From positions 1 through 52,225 of IMG/VR virus record IMGVR_UViG_3300017912_000774: 52,225 nucleotides of DNA; one strand, written 5' to 3'. This document shows positions 40,914 through 52,000 of the stretch, piece by piece (position 1 is the first letter of the stretch; each line of letters opens with the position of its first letter). The notes beneath the pieces were generated by a model, which saw only the letters and a list, made by a program, of their open reading frames with translations, was not told the origin of the DNA and ran no database searches. The DNA comes from a virus. Taxonomy: Duplodnaviria; Caudoviricetes. A program made the position numbers and the translations under genes.

Positions 40914-43900
40914 GTGCTATCGTTGATTTCTTCTTCGCTCACTTCATTAAAATTAGGTATAGGCATATATTTAGAATATAAATCTATTTCTGCTCTTTCT
41001 AATTTTTGTAATAATTCTTCTTTACCCGAAGTATTTTTTGGGAACTCTATTTCTATAAAAGTTAACCCATTTTCTTCACTAGGTGTAATTACTTTAGGAT
41101 TTAAACCTAAACTTTCTAGTGCTTTCATTTTATATTTACCATACTGTAAAGAAAATCCTAAGTTTTTAGGTGTATTCTCAGTTTCACTTTTAGGTATCTT
41201 TGCAATGACCTCTGCTAGTTTTTCATCTGTTGGCTTACCATATTTTAAATAAAATGGATTGTTGGCACGTTTTTTGTGATAACTAAATATGCTCTGTCCT
41301 AAAGGAGGTTTAAAATGTTGTATAACATTTAATCGACTTAAAATTTTTACTTTTATGTCTTCTGTTTCCTCTATTACCGCACCAACACGAGTCGCTAATT
41401 CTTTTACTTTTGTTAAAACACCCTTTGTAGTATTTTTTTTGTATGAATTAACGATATCTTTTGATGTTTTGTCACTAAAAAGTTCCACTAATTCACTTGA
41501 TTTGGTCATGCCGTCCCTGTCACTACCTATCGTATCTTTAAATCCCATTCCTTGCAGTGCAAATTCGTCCATATTAGTCAATATGTTGTTAACTATTTTA
41601 GAATTATTATTTTTAACATCATCTACAAGAAACTTGTGCACCAATCTGTCTAAATCAAATTTCTCATTATACTCTTCCCAAAATTTATAAAGTTTGTTAA
41701 AATCGTTAGTTTTAAACAATTTAGGATTCCGTATTGCAATCTCGTCCGTATTTCCTTGTCTACCTGCAGGAACTATGTCTTGTAACATTATATTATTTCT
41801 CATTAAAAATAATTGAGTAAATTCTTGAAAAGGTGTTAAAATTTCTTTTGCTCTTACAATAGTTCCTTCAATTTCTCTTGAGTCAGCATCAGCTAATATA
41901 TTGAATAAATGTTTATCAGAAGCAGATACAGTTTCTTTTTGTAAAGGACTTTTTGTATACTCATTAACTAATTTATAATTATAAGTATCAGTTAACTTAT
42001 TAGCCCATCCTGCTAATTTAGCCATAGTTGTGAAAGTATTAAACTGTAATTTATCAAATCCATCTTTAAGAGCTTGTTTTACGTTATGTAATGTGCTCAA
42101 TTCAACTAATTTGTCAGGGCGTCTCTGTAAGTTTGCAAATGCCATATCTGCAACATTGTCTATATAAATGTCACCAGTGGTTATTCCTTCTTCTGCATCC
42201 ATGTAACGCTCAAACTGTTCCATTTGTTCTTCTGCAGAGAGAGTTCCTTCTCTTGTCACTGTCATACGCATATGTTGCAGCATTGATTCTGGAGAAACAA
42301 ATCCTTTACTCTTAGAACGCTTAAATGTATCAAACTGTTCTTCACCGAGTCTTTTTATTAAACTCCCTTCCCCCCAGTTTTTTTCTATTTCTTGCATTCT
42401 ATTTCGTAATGCAACAGGAAATACAGTTGCCTCTGCATCAGGGGGCTGGATTGGAGCACTTTTTCTGTACAAATCATACAACTCGGGTCCTCCTAATCTT
42501 TCCCATGCTCTTAATTTACTCAAATTATTTGCTGTTTTCGTGTTTTCTAAAATTAAATTAGCTTCATCAACTAAATTTATTCTCCCTGTTAAATCATCTG
42601 CTACTTGAAATTTTCCAGATGGGTCGCCCACGGATATCTTTGGTCTCACTCTAGTGGTGCTTAATCTTGCATCTTTACTTTTAAAAATAGAGTCTTGAGC
42701 TTTAATCTTAGCAAAAGTGTTAAATAAATTTTCTAAAGTGTCAACTGTTATAGGTTCTCCCATTCCAAACCTAGTTGCACCTCCGAAGTTTATACGAAGA
42801 CCTATATCCTTATTTGTCCTAAAAACCCCAGGTAAAAATATTCTTTCGTCCATACCATACCCTTTACCAGTAGTAAAACTGTTATGAATAGCTCGTTTCG
42901 CATATTCTATTATGGAGTTATACGTATCCCTTATTGTGTCAGTAACATCTCCATTTGGTTGCTTGGCATTACTTTTTATATATTGTAATACTTCATCAAT
43001 ATTCATTCTATTTGCTTCGATAGCTCCTCTTGTCAAAATACTAAAGTTTTGACTGTTCATAAGGTCTCTCTGCAATTTTAAATTTGGAACAGCAATGTTC
43101 TGTAGAATAGCATTCATCTCTTGCATCTTCATTTTAAAATTTACTAATAATTCTATAAATTTTTTCTTTTGAAAACTGCCCTCAACATTCCGTGGATACT
43201 CTAATATAAAATCGCCATCTTCTATTCCATATTTATTGAGTGTTCCACTTTCATCAAACGTATCAGGTAATTGCACTGGCACTCTTTTTGATGGGTCTAA
43301 CATATTATATTCAGCTAAAACAGATGGTTTAGTGTACACTCTAGCACTTAGTAAACTGTCAGGTATTGCGTTTTCACCTTTATAAATATTACTTGCAGTG
43401 AAAGGATGAATAGTGTTTGGGGCTAATTCTTTTAATTGTAAACTTCTTACATGTCCGTATAAAGGTGCTCCTCCCTCGTCTCCAACAACAGATGGATGAA
43501 GATACTTCTTTTGATAACTGTACGGAGAAGTGACACCTTTAGCTTTTAACCCAACCCCCTCTTCAGAAAAAGTTATTTTAAATGGGAGTTCCATAGCTTT
43601 TTCTGAAGAATTAAAAGCGTTGCCTTCAGGAAACTGGCTAAAATAAGCTTTAACATTAGAACTATAAAAGGGACTTTTTTTTGTCTCTACGATTTCTAAA
43701 TTAGATAATTCTTCTGGTATATTTAAGTCTTTGACTCTTAATATAGGTAAATCATTCGGGTTTCCTTTTGCAAGAGCCTCTTTTATTACTTTAGTATTAT
43801 CAGGTAAATTTGTATCAAACTCAGGTAACTTTACTAGCTCATCAACCTCGACAGATGGTGTAACAGGTGTGGCATCATCATCATCAAATACAGCATCCAG

Positions 43901-44761
43901 TTCAGTCTTTTTGGCTGTCGGGGCTTTTCCAAACCTGTCTTTAACAGTCACACCTTTTTGTGATAAAGCTTGTCTAAGTATTTCTTTACCACTCACATCA
44001 CTGTTCTTTTGTATATTAGCTAAAATACTTTTTGTTAGATATTCTTCACCAGTTAAACCTTTCATACCTTTTAGTCCAAAGCCAAAGCCTGAGCCTAATG
44101 CATCCTTAGGTTTAGTAAGAGGGTTTGTGAATTGTGCAGGTCCAAGAAAACGTAGAAAACCTCCTGCTGTAGGACCAAACTCAGCAGGTCCTGTGAGACT
44201 AAAAAATGGTAAATCTTTAGGGTCTGTAGCCTTATCAGGGGGACGTGTAATAAAACCAGAGGTCATTCCTTCTGGCACTATAGGACCAGACTCTGTTCTA
44301 TTTAAAGTGTTTATGAGGTTTTTAGGACTCATTAATCCTAAATCAGTTGGAGGGGTGTCTGATAAAGCTGATTTATAATTTTCTATTTGTTGAGCAATAT
44401 TTAATCGTTCATCAATAAGCTTATCTTTTATAGCTGTTTTACTTTGTCGATATAAGCCAGGGAGTATCGGTAACACTTCTTGATAATCTAAAGATATACG
44501 AGGACTCGCCTGTTCTTCTACGATAGTCTTAGTAAGACCAAGAGCACCTGCATCCTTTTGTTTTTTTGCAGCAGCTTTACGTCTTTTAACAAATCCTTTA
44601 ACATCTTCTTCGGTTATCTTTAAGTCTTCTGCTGTGCGAGGGGTATATCCACCTTCTAGCCCAAAGGCATCACGATAACTTAAGCCAAAGAACTCTTTTT
44701 GTATATTACTTAATGTACTATAGTCTTGACCATAGGATATTATTTCTTCATCATCAGCCAT
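40910..44761 (-). CDS. Large internal virion / ejection protein
   Basis: 1283 aa, last in a run of large coupled late genes. Function inferred from position. Confidence 0.6.
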   Translation of the reverse strand: MADDEEIISYGQDYSTLSNIQKEFFGLSYRDAFGLEGGYTPRTAEDLKITEEDVKGFVKRRKAAAKKQKDAGALGLTKTIVEEQASPRISLDYQEVLPILPGLYRQSKTAIKDKLIDERLNIAQQIENYKSALSDTPPTDLGLMSPKNLINTLNRTESGPIVPEGMTSGFITRPPDKATDPKDLPFFSLTGPAEFGPTAGGFLRFLGPAQFTNPLTKPKDALGSGFGFGLKGMKGLTGEEYLTKSILANIQKNSDVSGKEILRQALSQKGVTVKDRFGKAPTAKKTELDAVFDDDDATPVTPSVEVDELVKLPEFDTNLPDNTKVIKEALAKGNPNDLPILRVKDLNIPEELSNLEIVETKKSPFYSSNVKAYFSQFPEGNAFNSSEKAMELPFKITFSEEGVGLKAKGVTSPYSYQKKYLHPSVVGDEGGAPLYGHVRSLQLKELAPNTIHPFTASNIYKGENAIPDSLLSARVYTKPSVLAEYNMLDPSKRVPVQLPDTFDESGTLNKYGIEDGDFILEYPRNVEGSFQKKKFIELLVNFKMKMQEMNAILQNIAVPNLKLQRDLMNSQNFSILTRGAIEANRMNIDEVLQYIKSNAKQPNGDVTDTIRDTYNSIIEYAKRAIHNSFTTGKGYGMDERIFLPGVFRTNKDIGLRINFGGATRFGMGEPITVDTLENLFNTFAKIKAQDSIFKSKDARLSTTRVRPKISVGDPSGKFQVADDLTGRINLVDEANLILENTKTANNLSKLRAWERLGGPELYDLYRKSAPIQPPDAEATVFPVALRNRMQEIEKNWGEGSLIKRLGEEQFDTFKRSKSKGFVSPESMLQHMRMTVTREGTLSAEEQMEQFERYMDAEEGITTGDIYIDNVADMAFANLQRRPDKLVELSTLHNVKQALKDGFDKLQFNTFTTMAKLAGWANKLTDTYNYKLVNEYTKSPLQKETVSASDKHLFNILADADSREIEGTIVRAKEILTPFQEFTQLFLMRNNIMLQDIVPAGRQGNTDEIAIRNPKLFKTNDFNKLYKFWEEYNEKFDLDRLVHKFLVDDVKNNNSKIVNNILTNMDEFALQGMGFKDTIGSDRDGMTKSSELVELFSDKTSKDIVNSYKKNTTKGVLTKVKELATRVGAVIEETEDIKVKILSRLNVIQHFKPPLGQSIFSYHKKRANNPFYLKYGKPTDEKLAEVIAKIPKSETENTPKNLGFSLQYGKYKMKALESLGLNPKVITPSEENGLTFIEIEFPKNTSGKEELLQKLERAEIDLYSKYMPIPNFNEVSEEEINDST

Positions 44762-44765
44762 TACT

Positions 44766-47700
44766 TTACCTTAAAGATTCAGTTTGTCTTCTTAAACTTT
44801 GTATAGTTTTATCAAGTTCTGGGTCTAGCATTTCTTCTGTTTGAACAGACTCACCACTACGTTGTGAACCTAATAACGCAAACTGTGTAATAATGTTACC
44901 CACAGCTCCTGCTCCTGTGAAGTATCTTAACAACTTTTTAGATTGTGGTTGTGTTGGACCGATGCCAGTCATTGCATCAGAGAACGCTTTATTAGCAAAT
45001 AACTTTGCTATTCTTCCTTGGGCACTTAATCTAGCCATACCAGATATGAACTTGCCTGGGTCTAAGGTAAACATATTACCAATAATCTGTGCACCTGCTA
45101 AAGCAGAACCTGCATCAGTACCAGCATTTTGTATGACTCCTACATAGTTTTTCATGCCATTTAATAATTTTTTATCTTCTGCAGTTAGTATCTTTTGAAA
45201 TACACCTGCACCATCCAGCTTGGTTATAACTGCATCTAACCTATCTGGCATAATTATTGTATCACCAATTTGTGAATATGCACTTTGTTTTTTGGTTACC
45301 TCTTGAAAAACTCCGCTTTGTTTAGAAAACACATAATCTAATAAGCCTGCCCTGACATTAGCTATTTCTGTTTTTTGTTGTCCTTTAGGCAGTTTACCTA
45401 TAATGTCCATCATAGTGTCAACTGTCTTAGTTAAGTCTAGGTCTCTGGCTTGGACGATATTATCAAATACATTTTTTAATTCTGTATTTTTTATACGTGA
45501 GCCTAAAGCCAATCTCTCAGCCATTTGCGTGCTTTCTAACTTGGCTATCATATCTAAGTCTTTAAATACAGAGGCTTTGTCTATTCCCAAGCTTTTTAAT
45601 TCACGTGGGCTATAAGATTCTATATATCTTTTTACATCTGCGGCAGAATCAGTTTTAACTGGGCTAACATCTGATGCACCTTTTATCTTATTACTAATGA
45701 CATCAGCAAAGGCTTCTTTTATTTTAGTCATAGGTCCTATAGGTACATTCTTGCCTTTAAAGTTCTTCATTATGTAGTCTTCTTGAAAAGCAATGTTACT
45801 CAAAGTTTTCTGTACAGGTTGTTTTCGTCCTGCTGTGCCTGGGGATATACCTATAGCTTCTGGTATGGTTGTTCCCTCTTGCCCAGTCTTAGCACCTATT
45901 CTAGCTTGTAGTTGTACATCTGTTTCTATGACATCAAAGGTTTGTCTATAGAATGCATTAGCTGCATCTATTTCTTCTTTTAAGCCTGTTATGGCAGGTT
46001 TGCCTTTTGGTATGATTGGACTAGCTATCTCATCTAGTAGTGCTGTCCTCAGTCCTTGTGTAAATGATGCTAACTGAGGATTAGCGGCTGTACCTACGTC
46101 TCTGCCAAAGACGCCCTTTGACATTTGCCCGAGTAAAACAGCGTAACCATGTAATAACTGTGCAGGAGTTTTTATTTGTATATCGTTAGTATCTAAGTAT
46201 TTAGCATACTCAGGATGATTCTTCTTTAATCGTGCGACAGCCTTCTCAACACCTTTTGCTGTTAAAACACGAGTGTTGCCACTGACAGCTCCTAACTCCA
46301 TTAGGTCGGCTACTATGGAATCGACCTTAGGCTCACCTGTGACCACAGGGGTGCTACCAGCTTCTATAGGACTGCCTGGCTTTTGTTTACTAACAGGTAT
46401 GGTTGTTTTTGCTTCACGACCAACAATTAACCCACGTATTCTTTCTAAGTTATAAGTGCTACCACCTATCTTATCGAATATGTTTTTGTACATACCTCGG
46501 GACTCAGTCATGCGTAAGTCAAAGAATAATTCTTCGAGCTCGTTTAGTTTTGTACCAAGTCCTTCAAAATCTACAACAGTTTTACCCTCTCGTATGTTTT
46601 TGAGCATCGTACCCATGCTTGACATGGCTGCTCTAAATTGTGAGAAGTTGCCCCCACCAATATTTTTCCTTTGTTCTTTTAAATAATTAACAGCACTTTG
46701 CATTTGAGAACGTAAAACTTTTGGTATGATTACAGATGTTTGCTCAGCTAAAGATGCAAGTCTGGATATTTTTTTATCCATGGTTCTTTGTGGGAGAATA
46801 GTAGGGACTAAACCTTTTTTATCTGCAAAGTCTTCTGCTTCAATGGCAGATTTATAAATATTAGTATCATCTATAGTTGCCCCTTCTCTTACCCTAGACA
46901 ATGAACTTTTTAGTTTATCTATTAGAGCAAGTGGGAAAGCTATGGCTGTACCAAATATGCCACGTAATTCCTGTTTGAACTCTTCATCTGTTATGTCAGC
47001 TTTTTTACCCATTAATTGCTTGAACGCTTGTCCTGCTTTTGGGTCAGTGACTATCTTCTTTACATTCTCTACAAAACTACCAAATTCTTCAGCATCTTCA
47101 CCACGCAAACCTAATTGGTCTTGTATAAACTGTCTGCCTCGTTCTACACCCTTATTAGTTGTGTACAACATATAACCTAGACCTGCTAGTGCAACCACAG
47201 GTGCAGCTACAGCTCCTGCATAAGGTAGTAAAGATGCTAAGGTTGTTAAGGCAGTTGTGGTTAGTATAGATGTACCAACTGCTGCTGAGTCACCTAACAC
47301 TTCATAACCTAACATAGGAAAATATTTTTGCACGTAGTCTAATGTATTTTGAGTGGGGCTTGTAAATGGTGTAAAACTACCATCTGATTTTCTTAGACTT
47401 ACATAATATTTATCTTGAAAGAAAGAAGCGTCTTTATCTTCAATAACTTTGTAATTACCTGGACCAACTCTTTCTTTTAACGCATTCTCAAACTGTTCTT
47501 TGTTATCTGCGAAGCCTGTTATAGCTTGTCCACCGAACCCCAACATATCGGATACTTCTTGGTTATTCTTCTCAAAAGTGCCTCCCATGTCACTAGCAAG
47601 GCTGGATACACGTGAGGTTCTAGCTGCATCAAGTTTTTCTGCATTACGCTTAAGAGCCTCCATATCCATAGTTTTCATTTCAAAAGGTTCGCCAGAAATG

Positions 47701-47864
47701 AAAGGTATATCAATAGGTCCTATGTAAGGTTCTTTAAACATAGGTTCTAAATCAGGTTTCTCTTGAGTTGTAACTGTACCTGCTGGAGGCACACTTGAAA
47801 CAGGATTGCCTACTTGTTTGTTAAGACTCTGTATGGTCTTATCTAATTCATCTTGTTCTTGCAT
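44766..47864 (-). CDS. Internal virion / ejection protein
   Basis: 1032 aa, helical, with a hydrophobic stretch (TALTTLASLLPYAGAVAAPVVALAGLGYML). Confidence 0.6.
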   Translation of the reverse strand: MQEQDELDKTIQSLNKQVGNPVSSVPPAGTVTTQEKPDLEPMFKEPYIGPIDIPFISGEPFEMKTMDMEALKRNAEKLDAARTSRVSSLASDMGGTFEKNNQEVSDMLGFGGQAITGFADNKEQFENALKERVGPGNYKVIEDKDASFFQDKYYVSLRKSDGSFTPFTSPTQNTLDYVQKYFPMLGYEVLGDSAAVGTSILTTTALTTLASLLPYAGAVAAPVVALAGLGYMLYTTNKGVERGRQFIQDQLGLRGEDAEEFGSFVENVKKIVTDPKAGQAFKQLMGKKADITDEEFKQELRGIFGTAIAFPLALIDKLKSSLSRVREGATIDDTNIYKSAIEAEDFADKKGLVPTILPQRTMDKKISRLASLAEQTSVIIPKVLRSQMQSAVNYLKEQRKNIGGGNFSQFRAAMSSMGTMLKNIREGKTVVDFEGLGTKLNELEELFFDLRMTESRGMYKNIFDKIGGSTYNLERIRGLIVGREAKTTIPVSKQKPGSPIEAGSTPVVTGEPKVDSIVADLMELGAVSGNTRVLTAKGVEKAVARLKKNHPEYAKYLDTNDIQIKTPAQLLHGYAVLLGQMSKGVFGRDVGTAANPQLASFTQGLRTALLDEIASPIIPKGKPAITGLKEEIDAANAFYRQTFDVIETDVQLQARIGAKTGQEGTTIPEAIGISPGTAGRKQPVQKTLSNIAFQEDYIMKNFKGKNVPIGPMTKIKEAFADVISNKIKGASDVSPVKTDSAADVKRYIESYSPRELKSLGIDKASVFKDLDMIAKLESTQMAERLALGSRIKNTELKNVFDNIVQARDLDLTKTVDTMMDIIGKLPKGQQKTEIANVRAGLLDYVFSKQSGVFQEVTKKQSAYSQIGDTIIMPDRLDAVITKLDGAGVFQKILTAEDKKLLNGMKNYVGVIQNAGTDAGSALAGAQIIGNMFTLDPGKFISGMARLSAQGRIAKLFANKAFSDAMTGIGPTQPQSKKLLRYFTGAGAVGNIITQFALLGSQRSGESVQTEEMLDPELDKTIQSLRRQTESLR

Positions 47865-49417
47865 TATGTTCTCTCAGTTATAGCATCAATTTCTATTAAG
47901 AAAGGATTTTTGTATTTTGTTTTATATTCTTGTAGACTTTGATAACGAGGGTCCATGGATGCTTGGAAAGCTCCTACTGAGTTTTTAGCGAGTATCATAG
48001 CTTGTGCAACTTGTCTTTGCATTGTTTGGTCTGTTGATGTTACATCTAATCTCTGTGCTCTAACTAATTGGTCAAATACCATTTTTGCTACAGATACTTT
48101 ATTTATGTCTAATACCCCATCATCTCCAGTTTCTATGACACTTATGCCACCTTCTTTACCTGCACCATAGTTAACAGCAAATGCACTAGCCATTGAACTT
48201 ACAAATTGTCTCTCTAATCCTGCTATAGCAGCCATTGCACGAGACTGTCCTATGGTCGGGTCATTGAGTATACCTATATATCGTTCAATTAAAGCTTTAT
48301 CTTGGTCAGATATTCTAGGGTCTTTAAATATGGCATCTTTTGCACCCTTAAAAAATTCAATAGAACTCTGCAATGCAAATTGCAAATCAGGACCACCCAA
48401 GTCTTGTGCAAGCCCTGAAGCCCCAAATATATCAGCAAAGTCACTGGCTGTTCTTCTGAACTGTCCTAAGATGTTAAAAGCATTTGGATATTTAGCCAAT
48501 GTTCTTCTTAGTAAGCCTATCCTATCGAAGTTTTTATAGTTAGTTGAAATTAATTCTTTATTAGCTTCTTCTATTTCTCTACTAGGAGCAGCTAGTTTAC
48601 CATCTACATATCTATCTATAGTTTCAAGTCTAGGTCCGTCTTTACCATATATTATTATTCCCAGCTCTCCTTTTGCACCTTTTTGTGGTGGATTGAGGAT
48701 TGCTTGTTCTGCTAATGCTCGTATCTCTGCTTCTGACCTATTAGCATTGCCTGGTTGTGCACGTATAACATTCATCATACTTCGTAGTCTTTGTTGAAAC
48801 TGGCTACCACCTGAGGGAGGTCCTGATATACCTCTTGCCATAGCTTCAGGAGTAGCTCTTGCCGTTGCATTTAATTCGGGCATATCAAATGTGCCTGACA
48901 ATACTCTTCTTACTTGGTCAACGGGTAGATTACTTCTTTGAGCAAACATTTCGACCACTTGGTCTGGAGAATAAAATTTAAATAAATTTTTAAACGAATT
49001 AAATATAGAGTCATTAGATGCATTTTTAGGAGCTATATCCACATTTTCTATTTTAGTGACTTCTGGTGGCAGTTCATTAGCTAATGTGTTCACGTCAACT
49101 TTTGTTATAGGAATATTACCTTCATATGCAGTTAACATATTGTTTATTATTTTACTTGCTTTATCTACACTCTTACCACTTATTTTATATGCCTGTTCTG
49201 CTACACCCTCATCAACACTAAATGATTTTGCAATAGTTCTTATCTTATCTATATCTGATAAAGCCTCAGCTTGTTTCTTTTGAAAGTCACTAGCTTTAGC
49301 ATTATATAGTTTACCTATGTTGTCCATTCTTGCAACAGCATCTTGCATAGGAGCTTCTAATGCCTGTTGTAATACAGGTAATGCTCCTCTCATAATTCCT
49401 CCTAGTGTTATTGCCAT
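47864..49417 (-). CDS. Putative internal virion protein
   Basis: 517 aa, helical, TAATG-coupled in the late operon. Confidence 0.55.
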   Translation of the reverse strand: MAITLGGIMRGALPVLQQALEAPMQDAVARMDNIGKLYNAKASDFQKKQAEALSDIDKIRTIAKSFSVDEGVAEQAYKISGKSVDKASKIINNMLTAYEGNIPITKVDVNTLANELPPEVTKIENVDIAPKNASNDSIFNSFKNLFKFYSPDQVVEMFAQRSNLPVDQVRRVLSGTFDMPELNATARATPEAMARGISGPPSGGSQFQQRLRSMMNVIRAQPGNANRSEAEIRALAEQAILNPPQKGAKGELGIIIYGKDGPRLETIDRYVDGKLAAPSREIEEANKELISTNYKNFDRIGLLRRTLAKYPNAFNILGQFRRTASDFADIFGASGLAQDLGGPDLQFALQSSIEFFKGAKDAIFKDPRISDQDKALIERYIGILNDPTIGQSRAMAAIAGLERQFVSSMASAFAVNYGAGKEGGISVIETGDDGVLDINKVSVAKMVFDQLVRAQRLDVTSTDQTMQRQVAQAMILAKNSVGAFQASMDPRYQSLQEYKTKYKNPFLIEIDAITERT

Positions 49418-49968
49418 TACTCTGCTCCTTGTTTAGCCATTAGACCTGTAGGTTTCTCCATAGGTGGCTCTTCAGGCATATCTTCTTTCATTCTATCGGA
49501 AAAACCTTTTATTGAATTAGCATCAAACTCTGTCTTTTCTTTTTTAAATTCTGCTATTTGTTGTAGCCCTTTATCAATCATAGAATTTTGGTCTTTTACA
49601 ACTGTGTATTCTACACCAGCTTGTTCTGCTAAATGCATAATTAACATAGTCAAGTCCTCACCAGTTAATATTGCAACATCAGGATTCATAAGTCCCTCTG
49701 AAAATCCTGCTAATAACAATGAGTCCACAATAGTTGATATAGGTATTTGTGCATCTACTAGACTTAACAATTTATCTGCTGTATCGTCTTGCTCAAACTT
49801 ATCCATGAAATAGTCCATAACCTCATCAGGAGTATTTAACATAGGTGGTTTGTCCCACGGGTATATGCCTGGAGTTTTTGTTAAAGATTGTCCTGGGATA
49901 GCAGTATCAAACGAAGAGCGTTCTTTACCACTAGGAAGTTTCATAGTGTCTTTGAGTTGAATATCCAT
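49417..49968 (-). CDS. Conserved virion-associated protein
   Basis: 183 aa, IPGQSLT..PG.YPWDKPP and C-terminal GLMAK. Confidence 0.7.
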   Translation of the reverse strand: MDIQLKDTMKLPSGKERSSFDTAIPGQSLTKTPGIYPWDKPPMLNTPDEVMDYFMDKFEQDDTADKLLSLVDAQIPISTIVDSLLLAGFSEGLMNPDVAILTGEDLTMLIMHLAEQAGVEYTVVKDQNSMIDKGLQQIAEFKKEKTEFDANSIKGFSDRMKEDMPEEPPMEKPTGLMAKQGAE

Positions 49969-49970
49969 TA

Positions 49971-50231
49971 TTATGTCCTACTTGTTAATAGACCTAACTG
50001 TTTCTTTAATATAGAATTGTATATGCTCTGAGGTCCATATGTTCGTGTTTCCACAGGTGCAGGTCGTGATTTTTGTGAAAAGTAACTTGCTCTTCTTCTT
50101 TGAGGTCTACCAAATTTTCTATACAAGTCAACATCTGGTGGTGCTTTTAATTGTGTTTGTGGTAACTTACTTTGTCCTCCAAATTTACTCATCACTAAAT
50201 TAGTGGCTATTGGAGCTATAATACTCATCAT
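49971..50231 (-). CDS. Small basic hypothetical protein
   Basis: 86 aa in the late operon. Confidence 0.65.
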   Translation of the reverse strand: MMSIIAPIATNLVMSKFGGQSKLPQTQLKAPPDVDLYRKFGRPQRRRASYFSQKSRPAPVETRTYGPQSIYNSILKKQLGLLTSRT

Positions 50232-50242
50232 GTTTGATTTTC

Positions 50243-52000
50243 CTAACTTCTATTGATTGCTGCAATACCTAAGGCAGATATAAAACCACCGATAGCGTTA
50301 GAGGATTTCTCATCTAAGTATTGATTATACAAGTCAGCAGTTACATCTGCTTCTAATATTGCCATGGCATAATTAAATGCTCTATCTTGTGAGTTTTCAG
50401 CAGAGGTGTATGCGTAGTCTGCCTCATCTCTATACTGTTGCCATATATTATTAAGTGCAGTGTTTGATATGTTTAGGTAATTAGCTGCGTTAAGTTGATT
50501 AGCTGCGTTTATAGCAGCAGTATTAGCTGTGTTTACGTTTCTACGCCAGGTGGCGTTAGACTGTGCAATCTCCACAGCATTCTTTACATTGAACTGGTCT
50601 CTGCTATTTTGCATAGTAGCACGAAACTGATTGAGTGCGTTTGCCTGTCCTGCATTAAACTGTTGCTGTGCATTGAACTGTGTAGAGTTTAATTTATTTA
50701 TATCAGCAGTCAAAGTCTCAAAGAACTGGTTGACTTGATTTTGACTTGTTGCATTGAAGTTTTGTGCAGCGTTTTGTGCTGCTTGGTCTGACAACAGTGT
50801 CTGCATTTTAGCTTGCTGATTTATGACTTCTGCTTGCTGTGAATTACTTAAATTAGACATATCCATCTGTAAGAAACCTTGTGCATTTAGCACCATAGCC
50901 TGTTGCCTGTTGTTTAGGTTTGCCATGTCCATCTGTGCAAGAGTCGCAGCGTTGGCTAAGCTAGTTGCTTGTGCGTTGCTTAAGTTCTGCAGATTAATAG
51001 TTTCTATAGTTTTAGAGTTTGCAAACACACGTTGTTGCTCTTGATTAAAGTTTAAGTTGGCGGCTTCAGCAAATTTTTCAGCGTTGAGGATGTTTGCTTG
51101 TTGTTGGTTGGAGAGTGTTTGTCCAGCTAAAGCGGCTTGAACTTGCATCTTTGCAAGAGCAGTTTGTTGTCTATTGGATGTATTAGCCAAAGAGACATTT
51201 AAATTATTTTGAGTATTTGTCAAGTTAGCCTGCTGTTGATTATCCATTATTTTTACGGCAGTTTGATAATATGTTTGAGCATCAGCAGTTGCTATTGGTA
51301 CAGAAGCCTCAAGTATGGCTTGTGTTATGGCAGCTCCTGCCATGGATGATGCGGCTAATCCTCGCTGAGCCATTTGTGCAGTAGCAGTACGAACTACTCC
51401 AGCAGCCCATGATGGCACTTGACCATCTTGAAATTGTTGAGATATACGAGATAACTGACCTTGCACAGTCATCTCTGGTGTAACAGTCATGGTTGCACCT
51501 TGTATATTACTTACAAAGTCTGACTGTGCTGCAGTTGTATCGCCTAAGAAAGCTGTGTCTGCAACAGCACCAGAAACTACTTCTGGGGCAGTCACGGCTC
51601 TTATAGCTGTATCTGCTTGACTTATTAATCCTTGGGCAGTGCCCTGTTGAACTTGAGCTTGAGACCTAGCTCTTTCTTGGTCTGTTGCCTGAGCAGCTTG
51701 TGCTTCTCTAGTTAGTCCTTCACCTTTTTGTCCTACTGCAGTTGGAGCATCTCCTATTAAACTGGGGTCTACAGTTGCCGCTGGGGATACTGTTGGTGCG
51801 TCTGCTAACGCAGTTTGTGCTTGTACAACATTTACCTCTGGTGGTTTACCTAAATCAAATTCATTAGGGTCTATTTCTTCACCTGGTTGTATTTGTTGAG
51901 ATTGAGGTATATATTGTCCCTGGGCAGGCATTGTTGGATTAGTAACCTGTTTACCCATATATTCATCGACATTTGTGGTTGTGGTGTTTTCTTCAGCCAT
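50243..52000 (-). CDS. Q/N/A-rich internal virion protein
   Basis: 585 aa. TVQGQL...P.WAAG..R.A..MAQRGL.ASSMAG.AI, long NxxNxQQ heptads, WQQYRDEA. Confidence 0.7.
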   Translation of the reverse strand: MAEENTTTTNVDEYMGKQVTNPTMPAQGQYIPQSQQIQPGEEIDPNEFDLGKPPEVNVVQAQTALADAPTVSPAATVDPSLIGDAPTAVGQKGEGLTREAQAAQATDQERARSQAQVQQGTAQGLISQADTAIRAVTAPEVVSGAVADTAFLGDTTAAQSDFVSNIQGATMTVTPEMTVQGQLSRISQQFQDGQVPSWAAGVVRTATAQMAQRGLAASSMAGAAITQAILEASVPIATADAQTYYQTAVKIMDNQQQANLTNTQNNLNVSLANTSNRQQTALAKMQVQAALAGQTLSNQQQANILNAEKFAEAANLNFNQEQQRVFANSKTIETINLQNLSNAQATSLANAATLAQMDMANLNNRQQAMVLNAQGFLQMDMSNLSNSQQAEVINQQAKMQTLLSDQAAQNAAQNFNATSQNQVNQFFETLTADINKLNSTQFNAQQQFNAGQANALNQFRATMQNSRDQFNVKNAVEIAQSNATWRRNVNTANTAAINAANQLNAANYLNISNTALNNIWQQYRDEADYAYTSAENSQDRAFNYAMAILEADVTADLYNQYLDEKSSNAIGGFISALGIAAINRS

